64,000 bases of DNA from Podarcis tiliguerta (taxonomy: Eukaryota), in assembly GCA_965153285.1 (NCBI GenBank), contig OZ229113.1. One strand, 5' to 3'. The notes beneath the pieces are model-generated. The model was not told the DNA's origin, did no database searches, and saw nothing but the letters and a program-made list of their open reading frames with translations. A program made the translations under genes and the position numbers. Of this stretch, positions 28,145-41,346 are shown one piece after another. How positions within the stretch are numbered: the stretch's first letter is position 1; each line of letters opens with the position of its first letter.

Positions 28145-29026
28145 GTAGTAATTCCATTTAGCTATCATGCCTGTTAAGAGGAGCTTCCATTGCTGTCCCC
28201 TGAAGATAATGGAATGGGACGGTGGCAGTTGTTAGGCCTCTCTCTCAGCACTGCCAGACTCACAGGCATGGTGAGTACAGTATGCAGTGGCAATGGTGAA
28301 ATGCTCTCCCCACAGTAAGCAGAGGAATCAGGTCCAGCAGGGGAAGTGAAAAGGCTTGTTTAAACATGGATATATATTTGTGAAGTGTGTTTATAAAAAA
28401 CACGGCAGAAAAAGGGAAAAACCCATCCCCAATATCTGGATTATTATGCTTTAGTCTTGTTAAATAGGTTCCCATCAGGTGCAAGAGATTCATACAGAGA
28501 AACTGATCCCTATGTTTTTCTGATCCTTTTAATAGCTGCAGAACACCATCACCCTTTTTTGTTCCATGACAATAGCATCCTATATGCAAGAACCACCAGA
28601 ATGTCTTGCCAAATCCTTAGTAAAGCTGCAAGTCTATTATCTATTTTTTTCAGTACATATCACCATACATATTGTTTTCTGTCTTCCTTATTGAGCTATG
28701 TCTGATTATAAAATATGAACAGCAATCATGTTCCTGCCAACCTTCTTTCAATTCAGCGTGAATTTGGATTAATTTTACTGCAGCTGAGGGACTTTAGAGT
28801 CACTCTTATGGGAGACTAATGACAGGAATCACACTCACTAAGTGTGACAGATTATAAAATTATAAAGCGCTTTATAAATGAGTTCTGCCTCTGTGAACCT
28901 AAACCTATTTTGAAAGATGGGCCCAAAGTAGATCACTAGGTCTAAATATGCACTAAACCACAGATACCTTTTGTACCTGATCTATGTCTGAAGGTGGTAG
29001 CTTAACATTTTATCCTGTACAAAACG

Positions 29027-30429
29027 CTATACAGAGGGTATAGAACTTCTAGTAGTTCTAAACAATATCCAAAGATTTAGATAACATACGAATCTGATAT
29101 TGCATTCCCCCAGTCCTAAAGATGCCTCATTAGTCAATCCATCTAACAAGGTTGTGTTGACAAAAGCTTCTGTGGTGTTTCCTACTTCCTCCGAAAGGCC
29201 CTTCTGGAGCAGGAATTTAGAGATAAGGCTGTTGAACTTGTTCTCTGTGGTAGATTGCGGTTCTGCAGTTGCAAAAGGATTGTAAGTTGTGGCATTTAGC
29301 TCCTCTGGGTCAAGACAAAAGCCTTCAGGCGTTCTCTCGAAAGAAACATCCGTTAAGTCAAGACCAGCCACAGAGGATGGGGAGGCACAAGGAATATCCC
29401 TAACAAGTCTGTAGTTCTCCATCCATTCCTTCAGCCACTCAATCCTGCAGTCGCATTCCCAGGGGTTCCGGAAAAGATAGAGCCTTCCTAGGAAGTAGAC
29501 CGGTTGGAAGACTGAGAAAGGCAAGGTGGTTAGGTTGTTGCTGTTCAAGTGCAAAGACACCAAGCTTATGAGGTTTTCAAAAGCCCCTTCCTCAATGTGG
29601 CTAATCCTGTTCCTGTCCAAATACAAAACTTCCAGCTCTAACTGGTCCTGGAACCATGTATTAGAGACATTTCGAAGTAAATTGCCGCCAAGATTAAGCA
29701 TGTTGAGACGTCTTAGGCCGTCAAAACAGTTATCCGGGAGGTCACTGAGGACATTGTCATTTAAGTAAAGATACTCCAATTTCTGACAGTACTGAAAAGC
29801 TCTGTCATGAATCACGTTTATTCTGTTATCTTGCAGATTGAGATATTTTAGCTGGGTCAGGCCCAAGAGAGAATTATAAGCCACAGCTTCGATCTTGTTT
29901 TTCTCCAGATAAACATGGGTCAAATTCTCCATCCCTCGTATCGCTCCTGGAATCCTTTTGAAGTTGTTCTGAAAGCAAAAGAGTTCCTGAAGGGCTGGAA
30001 GCTCTATAAAAATCCTGTCTGGGATGTTGAAAAGGTTGCAGTCCGCTAAGTCCAGTCTGACGAGCCTCTTGAGTGAAATGAAAGTCCTTGTGTGCAAATA
30101 CTGAATGTATTCATTGTGGGCCATTTTTAGTTCCGTCAAGCTGGCCAGCCCTTTGAAAGCACCAGGAGTGATGAAGGATATGTTGTTGTGGCTTAATGAG
30201 AGAGATCTGAGGGATGGGAGGGTACCAAATGCCCTCTCAGCAAGGAATTTGATGCTATTTTTATCCAGGTTAATAGAGTAGGCCTCACAGGGAAACTCTT
30301 TAGGGATCTGTGTGAAACCAGCACGGTCGCAAAGAATGGCACAACTCCTCTCTTGAGTGCACACACAGCTGGTGGGGCAGGAGCGGACACAGGCCCACAC
30401 ACAGTGAACAGGAGGGATGCAGAGAAGGA
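29027..30429 (-). CDS. NYX: Nyctalopin main coding exon (LRRNT, LRR array, LRRCT, hydrophobic C-terminus)
   Basis: ACVRSCPTSCVC...CDRAG N-cap, LxxLxLxxN repeats, NPWECDCRIEWL LRRCT; acceptor ccttgccag at 30430-30431, phase 1; position between CASK and DDX3X matches mammalian synteny. Confidence 0.95.
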
Positions 30430-30535
30430 CTGGCAAGGAAGCGGGGGGAGAGAAAGAGAGAAATCAGATCTTAGTGAACACTCACAGTATCAAAACACAA
30501 TATTTATATAATGAATGGATCTTCCTTACTAGTAA

Positions 30536-30537
<2 letters not shown>

Positions 30538-30578
<41 letters not shown>

Positions 30579-30985
30579 ACCCTGCCCATTCAGCTGGGTT
30601 TCCCCAGCCACTCTGGGCAGCTTCCAACAAAAGATTAAAAATATATTAAAACATCAGTCATTAAAAAGTTCCCTAAACAGGGTTGCCTTCAGATGTCTTC
30701 TAAATGTCAGGTAGTTATTTCCTTGACATCTGATGGGAGGGCGTTCCACAGGGCAGGTGCCACTACCGAGAAGGCCCTCGGCCTGGTTCCCTGTAACCTC
30801 ACTTCTCACAGTGAGGGAACCGTCAGAAGGCCCTCGGCGCTGGACCTCAGTGTCCAGGCTGGACGATGGGGGTGCAGACGCTCCTTCAGGTATACTGGGC
30901 CAAGGCTGTTTAGGGCTTTAAAGGTCAGCACCAACACTTTGAATTGAGCCCAGAAACGGACTGGGAGCCAGTGTAGGTCTTTCCG
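30538..30985 (-). mobile_element. L2-type LINE 3' fragment with (TTA)n tail in the NYX intron
   Basis: (TTA)n at 30538-30576 followed by typical L2 3' sequence (gggagggcgttccacagg...gctttaaaggtcagcaccaacactttgaattg). Confidence 0.8.
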
Positions 30986-31904
30986 GTAAATTGAGTGACT
31001 AGTTGCTGAGACTGAAACACCAGCTGTGGAAGGGTGCTATTAAGTTTCAAGAAGCTGATTTACTTTCGCAGAATCTCTTCAAATTATGTGGCATGAGAAA
31101 GCTTCACTATCACATCCAATAGGTTCTTCTTTGGGATCCTTTCGAGGGAGAGACTTGCCCCCAATTTACATAATGAAGGCATTTTTCCATCCTCTTCCCA
31201 TCAGTAAGTTTTCTCTGTTCCCGTGAACTGTATTTCAGGGATGCAGCTGGAACTATAAGCCTAGGACTCTCGATTGGGAGAAGGGGAAACTGAAATTATT
31301 GGTTGTGAAAGGGGAGGCTTCTCAAGTGCACACTGTGAGCAGGCTAGCCAACCGATAAGATTGTCATCATGGCAGGTGATGAGAGTTTAAAGGCATCAAT
31401 ATGACTGCAATATTACAGGGTCCTTGTGTCAGCTTATCTGCTCACAGGGCCCCACATTTTCAAACATTGGGCAAACCATTTTTTAAACACAAGTTAATGG
31501 AGTATAAGCAGTAAAAGCTAGCAGGTAGCACTCTTCGCAACCAAACACAAACATGTGGTATTAGGCCAAAATTGTACTCAGCTTCTAAGAGCAAGCTACA
31601 AAAGTGCAAAGTCTAATTAAAACGAGTTCACAGTTTTGTCTTCTGCCCTCAGTGGGACAAGCCCTGCAGGTAACATCCTTTGCTCCCAGACCCTTAATTT
31701 GTGGGATCAGTGCGTTGGTAACACATCAAAGACCGGATTATATTTACTGTAACTTCATCCAATTGGCCACTTTTAAACAGCCATGAGAAGAGATTTGCTT
31801 GAAATATTCCTTTGGTTCAGTGCCCAAGTTTGAAGAAAGTCCTGTCCTCTTTAGTTCTACTAAAATGTGAAGGAGGTATTTCTACTGGTTTTTGTCCCCT
31901 TTAG

Positions 31905-32060
31905 AAATAAATTAAAAAATCGTCCAGTAGCACCTTAGAGACCAACTAAGTTTGTTCTGGGTATAAGCTTTCATGTGCATGTCTCTAAGGTGCTATTGGA
32001 CATTTTTTTTAATTTTTAAAATTTATTTCGACTGCGTCAGACCAAGACGGCTTCCTGAAT
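31905..32060. mobile_element. Penelope-like element terminal fragment (inverted arrangement)
   Basis: tccagtagcaccttagagac (31923-31942) is inverted at 31981-32000. Confidence 0.7.
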
Positions 32061-34996
32061 CTTGCCTTCTTTAGGTTACTATAAGAGGCTTCATGAGGAA
32101 TTCTGTGGAGATCTCTGTAATGCCAGCACAATGACATAAGAAGGAGCAACTCCTCCTCTTGCATGCTAAACTATTTGTATCGTTTACACTTCAGAACTAT
32201 TAAAAACCACTTCACTTAAACTTTCATCAAAAGTTACCTTCCTGCTTTCAGTATTCCTCTGTGGAACATTCCAGATTTGATATTTAAACATTAGATACCG
32301 CATGTGATCAAATGGATTGACACATGCAGCCACAACCTGCTACAGGAGGCTGTGAGTTTGAGCAGAAGAATTTCATTCCATGCTCCTTCAGTTATTTTTC
32401 TGTTCAAAATTTCCCCCTGCCTCTGAAGTGAAACATATTGGGCCCTGTGTTTTCTCTCTCTCTAAGGTGGAGAAGGCATGGGGGGGGTGTTTTGAACAGA
32501 AAAGCAATTGGGATTGAAAGGGTTAAGCAGTTCCCTTTCCCCCCAAAGTTCTTCTGCTCAAACCTGCAGGCTCCTTAGGCCTCCATGACATAATTTAAGC
32601 ATCATTTCTGGATTGGGGGGGGGAGGAATATATTTTTAAAATCCTTTGTGCTTTATGCACCGTGGAGATGGATATACCGAACATCACAGATCTATTTTGC
32701 AAAGTGCCTCAAGAGTGCAGACAAACTCAGGCCTGTTTGACATTTGAAAAGCTACTCCAGTACATTCATTTCATCCTCTGCATACTGTATGAACAAAGGC
32801 CAGAGGTGGGCTGAATTTGTCTTACAGAATGTAAGTATTTTGTTTTCCTAGAAGACCAACGTGCTTTAAAGTGTGCATGCTTAGGATCTCTCAGATATGG
32901 TGTTCGGAGTGATCCGAGAAATGCACTCTTGCTTAAAAACAGAGAAAAATATATACAACACCTAGCTCACTGTTCTAGGGTTGTATACAACATAGCAGGG
33001 CGCCATCAGTGCAAAGTTTACCACTAGCATAATAGGACTTCCCCCACTCCTACCCCTGCTAAATCTGTTCAAAGGTTCCCCTCAATACTCCAGATTTGGG
33101 GGAGGGTGCAAGGGAGAAGAGGAGAAAAGTCCTGTTGCACTAGCAGTAATCTTTGCACCGAGGGGATGAGTTAGAATACCACTCCACTATTATTAATAAT
33201 ATTAATTCCAGAAACCATCAAGGACTTGGACAAGGTGTCAGTGGTGTGTCACATTCACTCAGGCAGATACTTGCACTCAGGACCACTTTTGAATGACTAT
33301 CTGGAGAGGTGGAAATGTGTCCAAACTGACTGTCCTGATTTGTCATTTGAGAATTATTTCGTGTCCAGGATTCTAGGTGCTGCTTGAAACTTGCTAATGG
33401 ACTACCCCCCAGAGCAAAATACATTTATAAAGCAACATGTAATTAATAAATGTGTGCTTGTAGCCTTTCTAAGAGTCCTCTCTGTGAAGCTTGGATGCTA
33501 CACACTCTTACTGAATAGTGAGCAGACAACGCCTAATGATATCAATCTGCTTGCACAATAGAAATCAGCTTGTGCAACAAGACCTCCGATTTGCCTTCTC
33601 CCCACTGTGCCCCCCCCCCCAATATCTGCTTGAGAGTGCCAACCCTCCAAAGCAGATTTTTGGGGGCACACAGGGAAGGAGAAACATAGACCCACTGGTA
33701 CTATGTTGGAACTCATTTCTCTGCACACTTTTGCCTCTGCCCCCCCCCCACCCTGGCCCCTTAAAAAGGGTCCCCATCCTTGCTCCAGATGTTGTTGGGA
33801 CTCCAACTCCCATCAGTCATCACCAGCATGGCCAGTGACCAGCAAATGATGGGAGTTGTAGTCCAACAACATTTAGAGGGCTATAGGCTCCCCATCCCTG
33901 CTATAAGTCCTCCCTTAAAAGTTGGAATAGGAATAATCAAGAACTTGGGGTGGAGGGAAGGACATTTTAAAGGGATTTAAAAAACCCACACACCATCATT
34001 TATGTTAATAAATGGTAAGAAACACATCTTTCTCCTACACAGATGTATCTTTGGTACTTAGGAACATAAAGGGTGGTAACATTAAGGCCTACAGCTACAT
34101 TAAAATAAAGCCTGCTGCATAACTCTTTCTGTTCATTTCCACTTAACTAAAAGGCATCAACGCTAGTCTGTGTATTGTGTGTAGGTCAGCTTTAATGATC
34201 ACATTGCAATAGTCCACCATCAAAAATCATCTACTGCACAGCTCTAGTCTACTGTTTATTTAGGCATTATTAACGCAAAACTGTGTCACCCAGAATTAAG
34301 TATGCATTACCTGAAGGGCTTAGCTATTCCATGCGAGAGAAGGAAGGATAAACTAAGTCAAAAGAGCACTAAACTGAGGTAAATAATCACCCCACTGTAA
34401 ACTGGATCCCCACTTTATTCTAATTTGCCTCAGTATAGCAAGGAATGGGCAGTGTTTTTCTTTTTCATAAAATTGTCCCTAATCAAAGTCACAAATTAAG
34501 CCACACAAAATGCTGAAAAGTTCTTCAAATCCCAAATGTCAATTTGACATTTGTAGCAAGTATCCATTTTAGGTATCCAAAGAAAGGAATAAGCTTAAAG
34601 GACAGCCGCCATACTGTCTTTACACAGAAAGACAGTTAATACATAATTAAGTAGAGTCCACAGAGGGATACAATTTCCTCAGAGTTCATGGTCCATATTT
34701 CTCTTCAAAGAACCACAAAAACTAATCAATATAATAGATTAAACAAAAGGGGAATTGCTGGTGTTCAGATATGACTGAAGTAAAAGGGCAGCATAGCAGA
34801 AAAATGACACAGATGTTGTAATAATTGGCAAATGATCCAGTCCTGGTACCTTTATGCTGAAAAATCTGACTCTTAAAACTGATAAATTTCCTGCAGTGGG
34901 TGCTTAACATAAATTAACTCTTTCAAAATAAAAGAACTAAACACTACTAGCTTTAGAAATTGCTGTAAAATTTTGTGGAATGAAAAGTCTACTTAC

Positions 34997-35018
34997 CTTT
35001 TAAAATGATGACAAACAT
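34997..35018 (-). CDS. NYX: NYX first coding segment (MFVIILK|V, signal peptide start), within exon 34997-35060
   Basis: ATG at 35018-35016, 22 coding nt then gtaagt donor (phase 1), which joins 30429 in frame to give a hydrophobic signal peptide; acceptor cttttag at 35061. Confidence 0.85.
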
Positions 35019-35485
35019 TACCCTGATTAGTTGCTTGTGGCATCTCAGGTCCTCCAAAATCTAAAAGCAGACCAAAAACAGGGAACTATGCCAGACAGTT
35101 CTCATTTGCAATTGTCCTTTGCCTTTCCTTTTTAAAAAGTACTGCTTATGTTTTTTTCATCCTCTGTCTGAAAGCACAATTTATCTCCCCTCTGCTGGTT
35201 TCTTCCACAAACCTTTCCAACCAGTAACCCAATCCTTCGCATCTTTATTTTCAGAGTGAATTGGATTCCCACTAAATTCAATGGGACTTTCTCCCAAAAA
35301 ATTGTGCATTGGATTGCGACCCTACTTGCCCAAACAGTCTTATAATACGTCACACTGAAATATGAAGTGGACTGGAAATAATGAAAATGTATGACTATTT
35401 GTAACCAGCCACAGATACTTTCCTCCACCAACATCTACAGAATCAAAGTGAAGTAGAAAAAGGACTGGTTGCCTGCCTCCCTTAC

Positions 35486-35700
35486 CTGACAGGGGGATGT
35501 CTGTGTTGTCCTTTTTTCTTCTGAAGCTTGCGGTTAGCTCTGTTGCAGCATCTCTGAAAGGCTGGCATTTTCTCTGCTCTCAAAAGCTATCATTTAATGG
35601 CAGGAAAATCCTCTGTATCAGGGGAGGATTAGCAGAGACGGATGAGTTTGTCTTGTTCCATAAAGCTCCTGGATTGTTGACAAATCCATCAGCTTTTATT
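35486..35700 (-). promoter_or_regulatory. NYX: putative NYX non-coding exon 1 and proximal promoter
   Basis: Strong donor CAG|gtaagg at 35486/35485; CTAATCC (OTX2/CRX-type) at 35626-35632; upstream boundary uncertain. Confidence 0.55.
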
Positions 35701-38507
35701 CCCCTCACACCCCCCAAAAATCAGACAGGAGCTGGCCCTCAGCCATCCCCAGCATTACAAAGGAAAACAACCCTCGCCCAGTGCTAGTTACATAAGGAGA
35801 GGCATATAATTACGGTATGTTTGAGGGCAAGCTGATGATTTTAGCATACACAGTGACTGAGGAAGGCACACAGCTGACTTCTCCTATCAAGGGAAAGTCT
35901 CAAAACTCAGCTGCCTGCCATAATCTGAACCACAACACATAGCAGTGGAACTGGATCTACCATTGGGCTGAGTGAGGCAACCACCTCAGGAAGCAGATGC
36001 TGGGACAGAAATGTGTCGTTCCCCCCCCCCCCATGTCTTTGAGCAATGCCCCCACAGGTGCAGTGGGGAAAATGCTGTCCAGACACCAGGGCTGAAGTAA
36101 CACACATTTCTGGTGCCAGATGCTGTTCTCTTAGCATGCACTAGTTGCACAACCAACCTGCTGCATAGTGGAGAAAGTGGCCATCAGCTGCAGTCTTGCA
36201 ATAGGACTTTATTTGCTCTCCCTGTCCCAGCATGCCTTCCAGATGGGGGGAGGGTGGGGCAAAAGGCAAAGTTCTGTTGTTGAAACATCACTTGCATGTT
36301 TGTGCTTTTCGGTGCATCTGCACCCAGTAATTGTGGGAAATACAGGCTTAAGCCTAATTAATGAAAGGGTTAAGACCATAGAGTAAGCTGTCGTGCCAGG
36401 TTTAGCTAGGTCACTTCCCCTCGCATTAGGAAGGTGATAAAGCCTTTGTTCTTCCATTCCATCATGCAAACTCTACCTCTAGCTTAGACCATGTGACTTA
36501 AGCAAGCCATCCTTGTGTTTCTATACTTTAGGAACTTTCACGACTTTGGAACCCCAATCTTACTGCTTCTTTTCTGACTGCTCTACGGAAAAGCACACGA
36601 ATCTGACCTTTGAAGAGTTTGTAAGTAAACCTTCAACTTACCAAACCCGTGGTTTTTTTCTATGCTAAGAGAAGTGGAGAACTTTAGAAGCAAGTGAGGG
36701 GTTATTTTAAAGGTCTACTGCTCCATCCACTTTCCTTTGCTGTATGGTCGTACCTTGGAAGTCAAAACAGAATCCGTTCTGGAAGTCTGTTTGACTTGCA
36801 AAACATTTGGCTTCCAAAGCGCGGCTTCCCATTGGCTGCAGGAAGCTCCTGCAGTCAATCAGACCTGTCAAGACATTCGGCTTCCCAAAGAATGTTCAAA
36901 AATGAGTCACTTATGGGTTTTGATCATTCGGGAATGGGAACGTTCGACTCCCAAGGTGTTGGGGAGCCAAGGTATGACTATATTTAAATCTCTGCTGAGG
37001 TTCTCACCAGAGTACTTGCCCCAAACCTAGATCTCAGGCATCTAGGGAATTATCTTTTTATTATACCCAATATATATTTCTTTTAACCAGAAAACGAAAC
37101 CCACACTACTTCCCTCCACCTGATGTACCAGAAACACAAGGCACAGCCTGCGCCCACTTCCTTAGTACATTAATACAAGTGCAATATGTAACAATGTTGC
37201 AGTGGATTCACATCCCCTAAGAGGAATGTTCCTCTTCTGGAGCCTTGTAGTACTTATTTCAGGGGAGCAGGGAACAGCAAGGTGTCAAGGGATGCATAGT
37301 CAAAAATATATGGAGGGCACCAGGTTGGCAGTGTATTAGAGAGCTGCCAGCCCTATGCCCAAACACTTCAGTTACTGAGGGGGTGGGTTAAGAGTTCTTA
37401 CCATAAAAACCCAGCTTATTTCAGGTAATTTTTAACTCAATGCATCATTTGTATGAGACAAATACTTTAATGGCTTCCTGGCAGACTTGTCTTCCCAGGC
37501 TTTTATCACGTCTTAATTTTGTTCCTTCTTCCATTGTTGTATCGTGCAATTACATTGTAAACTGCTCTGCTAAATTTTATACTGCCAAGAACAGTAAAGC
37601 AAATTTAACTTCCAAGTTAAGATTGTGAAGATCACATTTCAATTACAGAGCTTTTTAAAGCTTGACACCCTATAATCTCCAACCATTCTCAATTTGTCTG
37701 AGCTGCTGTTTCCAAAATGACTTTTGGAAGATTGTGCTTTCTGTATTGGAAGTTACCCTCGCCATCTGCAGTCACTTACTCCAGCAGCAATCTCAGGGGT
37801 CAAGTACCTTCCTGTACCAGGTGTGGACACTTTATTTCAGCATTTTATTCCACCTTTAAGTAGTTTAATGCTGGTTGAGTTGTCTGAATGCTGAAGTTTC
37901 AGGTACTTTGTTTAAACAGAGATCTGTTCCACATTTAAAGATAGAAAAATTGTGATTTAATAAACATTCAAGCACCTCTGAATTGAAAAGGGCACTCGAG
38001 CTAATTGAAACCACACTTATTCCTTTTCACACCCTTCAATTACTATATAGACATAAAGCATATAATTCTGGAAATATATTGGGGTGAATTCTGACTATGA
38101 AAGTGTTTTGGTGTCAAAACTCTGAATGGCATGCAAGATCATTCTGCAAGGGGTTAAATCCACATACCACTGATCAGTTGTTTGGGATGAAAGGGGTTTG
38201 GGGCAAAATCTGCTATCTGATCAAGCAGCCATTTTTCTGCAGGTGGGAGGAAGACCCACCACTTGAACAACATCCCCACATTTAAGAAAACATGAGGCAA
38301 AACAGGCCACTATATCTGGGGGACCAAGCTGAACAGCTACACGGGGCTGTTCCATATAATGACCTTTCCTAGCTAAATGTGTGAGCTGCTTCTATTAGAA
38401 ACTTGCATCTGTGGCACTTAACCTGGGGTGTCTCACTGCAATCAGTAATGATTAACAATGAAAAAGGAGAAGCACATTTTGTCACCAAGAAAAAGACCAA
38501 CATCATA

Positions 38508-40945
38508 AAGTGCATTTCAACTTTTTATTTTATTAAAATTGAGAGCAATGCACAGCACATGCAGTGCTAGCATCTAAACTAATACAATAAGCAATTACTA
38601 AACCTACAGTGACTTGAAGTTCAAATCTTTACATTCAGCAAGTTTAAATCCGTTCATTGCATATGATTAAACCCATTCTTTGCATATGATTGAATCCTTA
38701 TCTGAACTGAATAATATTGCTGGCTNNNNNNNNNNNNNNNNNNNNNNNNNNNNNNNNNNNNNNNNNNNNNNNNNNNNNNNNNNNNNNNNNNNNNNNNNNN
38801 NNNNNNNNNNNNNNNNNNNNNNNNNNNNNNNNNNNNNNNNNNNNNNNNNNNNNACAAAAACTCACGCAACAAACATCTGAGAATCTGGACACTTCACGTC
38901 AGTGTTTTGAAGTGTTTCATTAATATCTTAAGACAAGTGTATCAAAACCTTGGCATGTTTAATTTTAAAGTTGCCAATTTTTGTTTTACTATCAGNNNNN
39001 NNNNNNNNNNNNNNNNNNNNNNNNNNNNNNNNNNNNNNNNNNNNNNNNNNNNNNNNNNNNNNNNNNNNNNNNNNNNNNNNNNNNNNNNNNNNNNNNNNNN
39101 NNNNNNNNNNNNNNNNNNNNNNNNNNNNNNNNNNNNNNNNNNNNNNNNNNNNNNNNNNNNNNNNNNNNNNNNNNNNNNNNNNNNNNNNNNNNNNNNNNNN
39201 NNNNNNNNNNNNNNNNNNNNNNNNNNNNNNNNNNNNNNNNNNNNNNNNNNNNNNNNNNNNNNNNNNNNNNNNNNNNNNNNNNNNNNNNNNNNNNCATTAT
39301 TCCCATGGTCCCAGTTTTAGAATCTAGTTCCTCCTCCTTAGACAAGNNNNNNNNNNNNNNNNNNNNNNNNNNNNNNNNNNNNNNNNNNNNNNNNNNNNNN
39401 NNNNNNNNNNNNNNNNNNNNNNNNNNNNNNNNNNNNNNNNNNNNNNNNNNNNNNNNNNNNNNNNNNNNNNNNNNNNNNNNNNNNNNNNNNNNNNNNNNNN
39501 NNNNNNNNNNNNNNNNNNNNNNNNNNNNNNNNNNNNNNNNNNNNNNNNNNNNNNNNNNNNNNNNNNNNNNNNNNNNNNNNNNNNNNNNNTTAGGAGATTT
39601 TGCTGTTGTCCTATGCCACTTAGACTAAGAGTTGGTAACAGCTCTGGCCGCAGAAGATAGCTCAGAGAAACTAAGTGGCAGAGGCATTTTACTGTTGGAA
39701 ATACTTATCTTTGGCCAGATTCAGCATAACAGACTAAATACAATGGAAACCTATGCAACTAAAACTGACTAAAACTGCACTTGATAGCAGAATTGAAACC
39801 TTGTGCAGTTATGTACATTCCAACCTTTGTGATCTCAGAATTTGTTACTCTTCTGGAGCCATTTTACAAGTCTACAGTAAGCCAGTNNNNNNNNNNNNNN
39901 NNNNNNNNNNNNNNNNNNNNNNNNNNNNNNNNNNNNNNNNNNNNNNNNNNNNNNNNNNNNNNNNNNNNNNNNNNNNNNNNNNNNNNNNNNNNNNNNNNNN
40001 NNNNNNNNNNNNNNNATCAGTCAGGCCCTTAAAAGGTGGACCCATCACTGTTGTGGTCAGCCATTCTACCATTTCAATTTTAATATGGCAGGCAATTTTG
40101 AAAAGTCTAAGTAGATGAATTCTCCTAAAAACTATTTCAAGTTCAGACCTTTAAACATTCCCTGTAATGTTCCGCCTCCATTTGGCTAGCTCACATTAAT
40201 AATCTGCCTAAACACTGGAATTGCTGTGTTTACTTGCATTAACTTTAAAACAGTGCTTGTATGCATGTATCCATACATCACTTCTTCATCATCATCATCA
40301 TGACTGGAATGGCTTATTAAAGACTATCAGGTTCTAAGTACCTATCCAGGATAGAGTGAGCAAATCAACTTTAACTTAGTACAGTTTTGCCACATTAGAA
40401 ACTAATTCCATTGATATGCTTCAAGATGTTTTATTTTTTCAAATCTGAGTATCAAAGCCCTAATGCAGGCCACCGCACAAGTTTTTTTTTGTAGTATAAA
40501 GTGGATGAATCAATGATTCCTGTAAGTTGTATCACACCTGCGTGCCAAGGTTTGATTTTTTTTAAAGCCCAAGTAGAGTAATTTTGTCAAGACAATTGAT
40601 AATCTTGGGCATTACTGAGCCAACAGGACATCAAAATAAAAAGTTGTCTAAAGTTAAAGGCACAGTACATTAACAAATGATCCTCAGTCACAAAATTATA
40701 AATACAGTCTGGGAGTAGGGGGGTGGAGGAGTTAATCTCAACTACAATGGAGTCTTTAAACCTTCAAAGTAGGGCTTCTGNNNNNNNNNNNNNNNNNNNN
40801 NNNNNNNNNNNNNNNNNNNNNNNNNNNNNNNNNNNNNNNNNNNNNNNNNNNNNNNNNNNNNNNNNNNNNNNNNNNNNNNNNNNNNNNNNNNNNNNNNNNN
40901 NNNNNNNNNNNNNNNNNNNNNNNNNNNNNNNNNGCAGCAAGCAGA
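38508..40945 (-). other. DDX3X: DDX3X 3'UTR (~2.4 kb, interrupted by five N-runs)
   Basis: Follows TGA at 40948-40946; tandem AATAAA (tttatt at 38524-38534 on +). Confidence 0.75.
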
Positions 40946-41077
<132 letters not shown>

Positions 41078-41094
41078 TTACCTTTACAATCTTA

Positions 41095-41346
<252 letters not shown>

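Noticed and set aside
30430-30436. ORF-track start of the 469-aa NYX ORF
   Set aside because: It is a TTG within the splice acceptor; the real start is in the upstream exon at 35018
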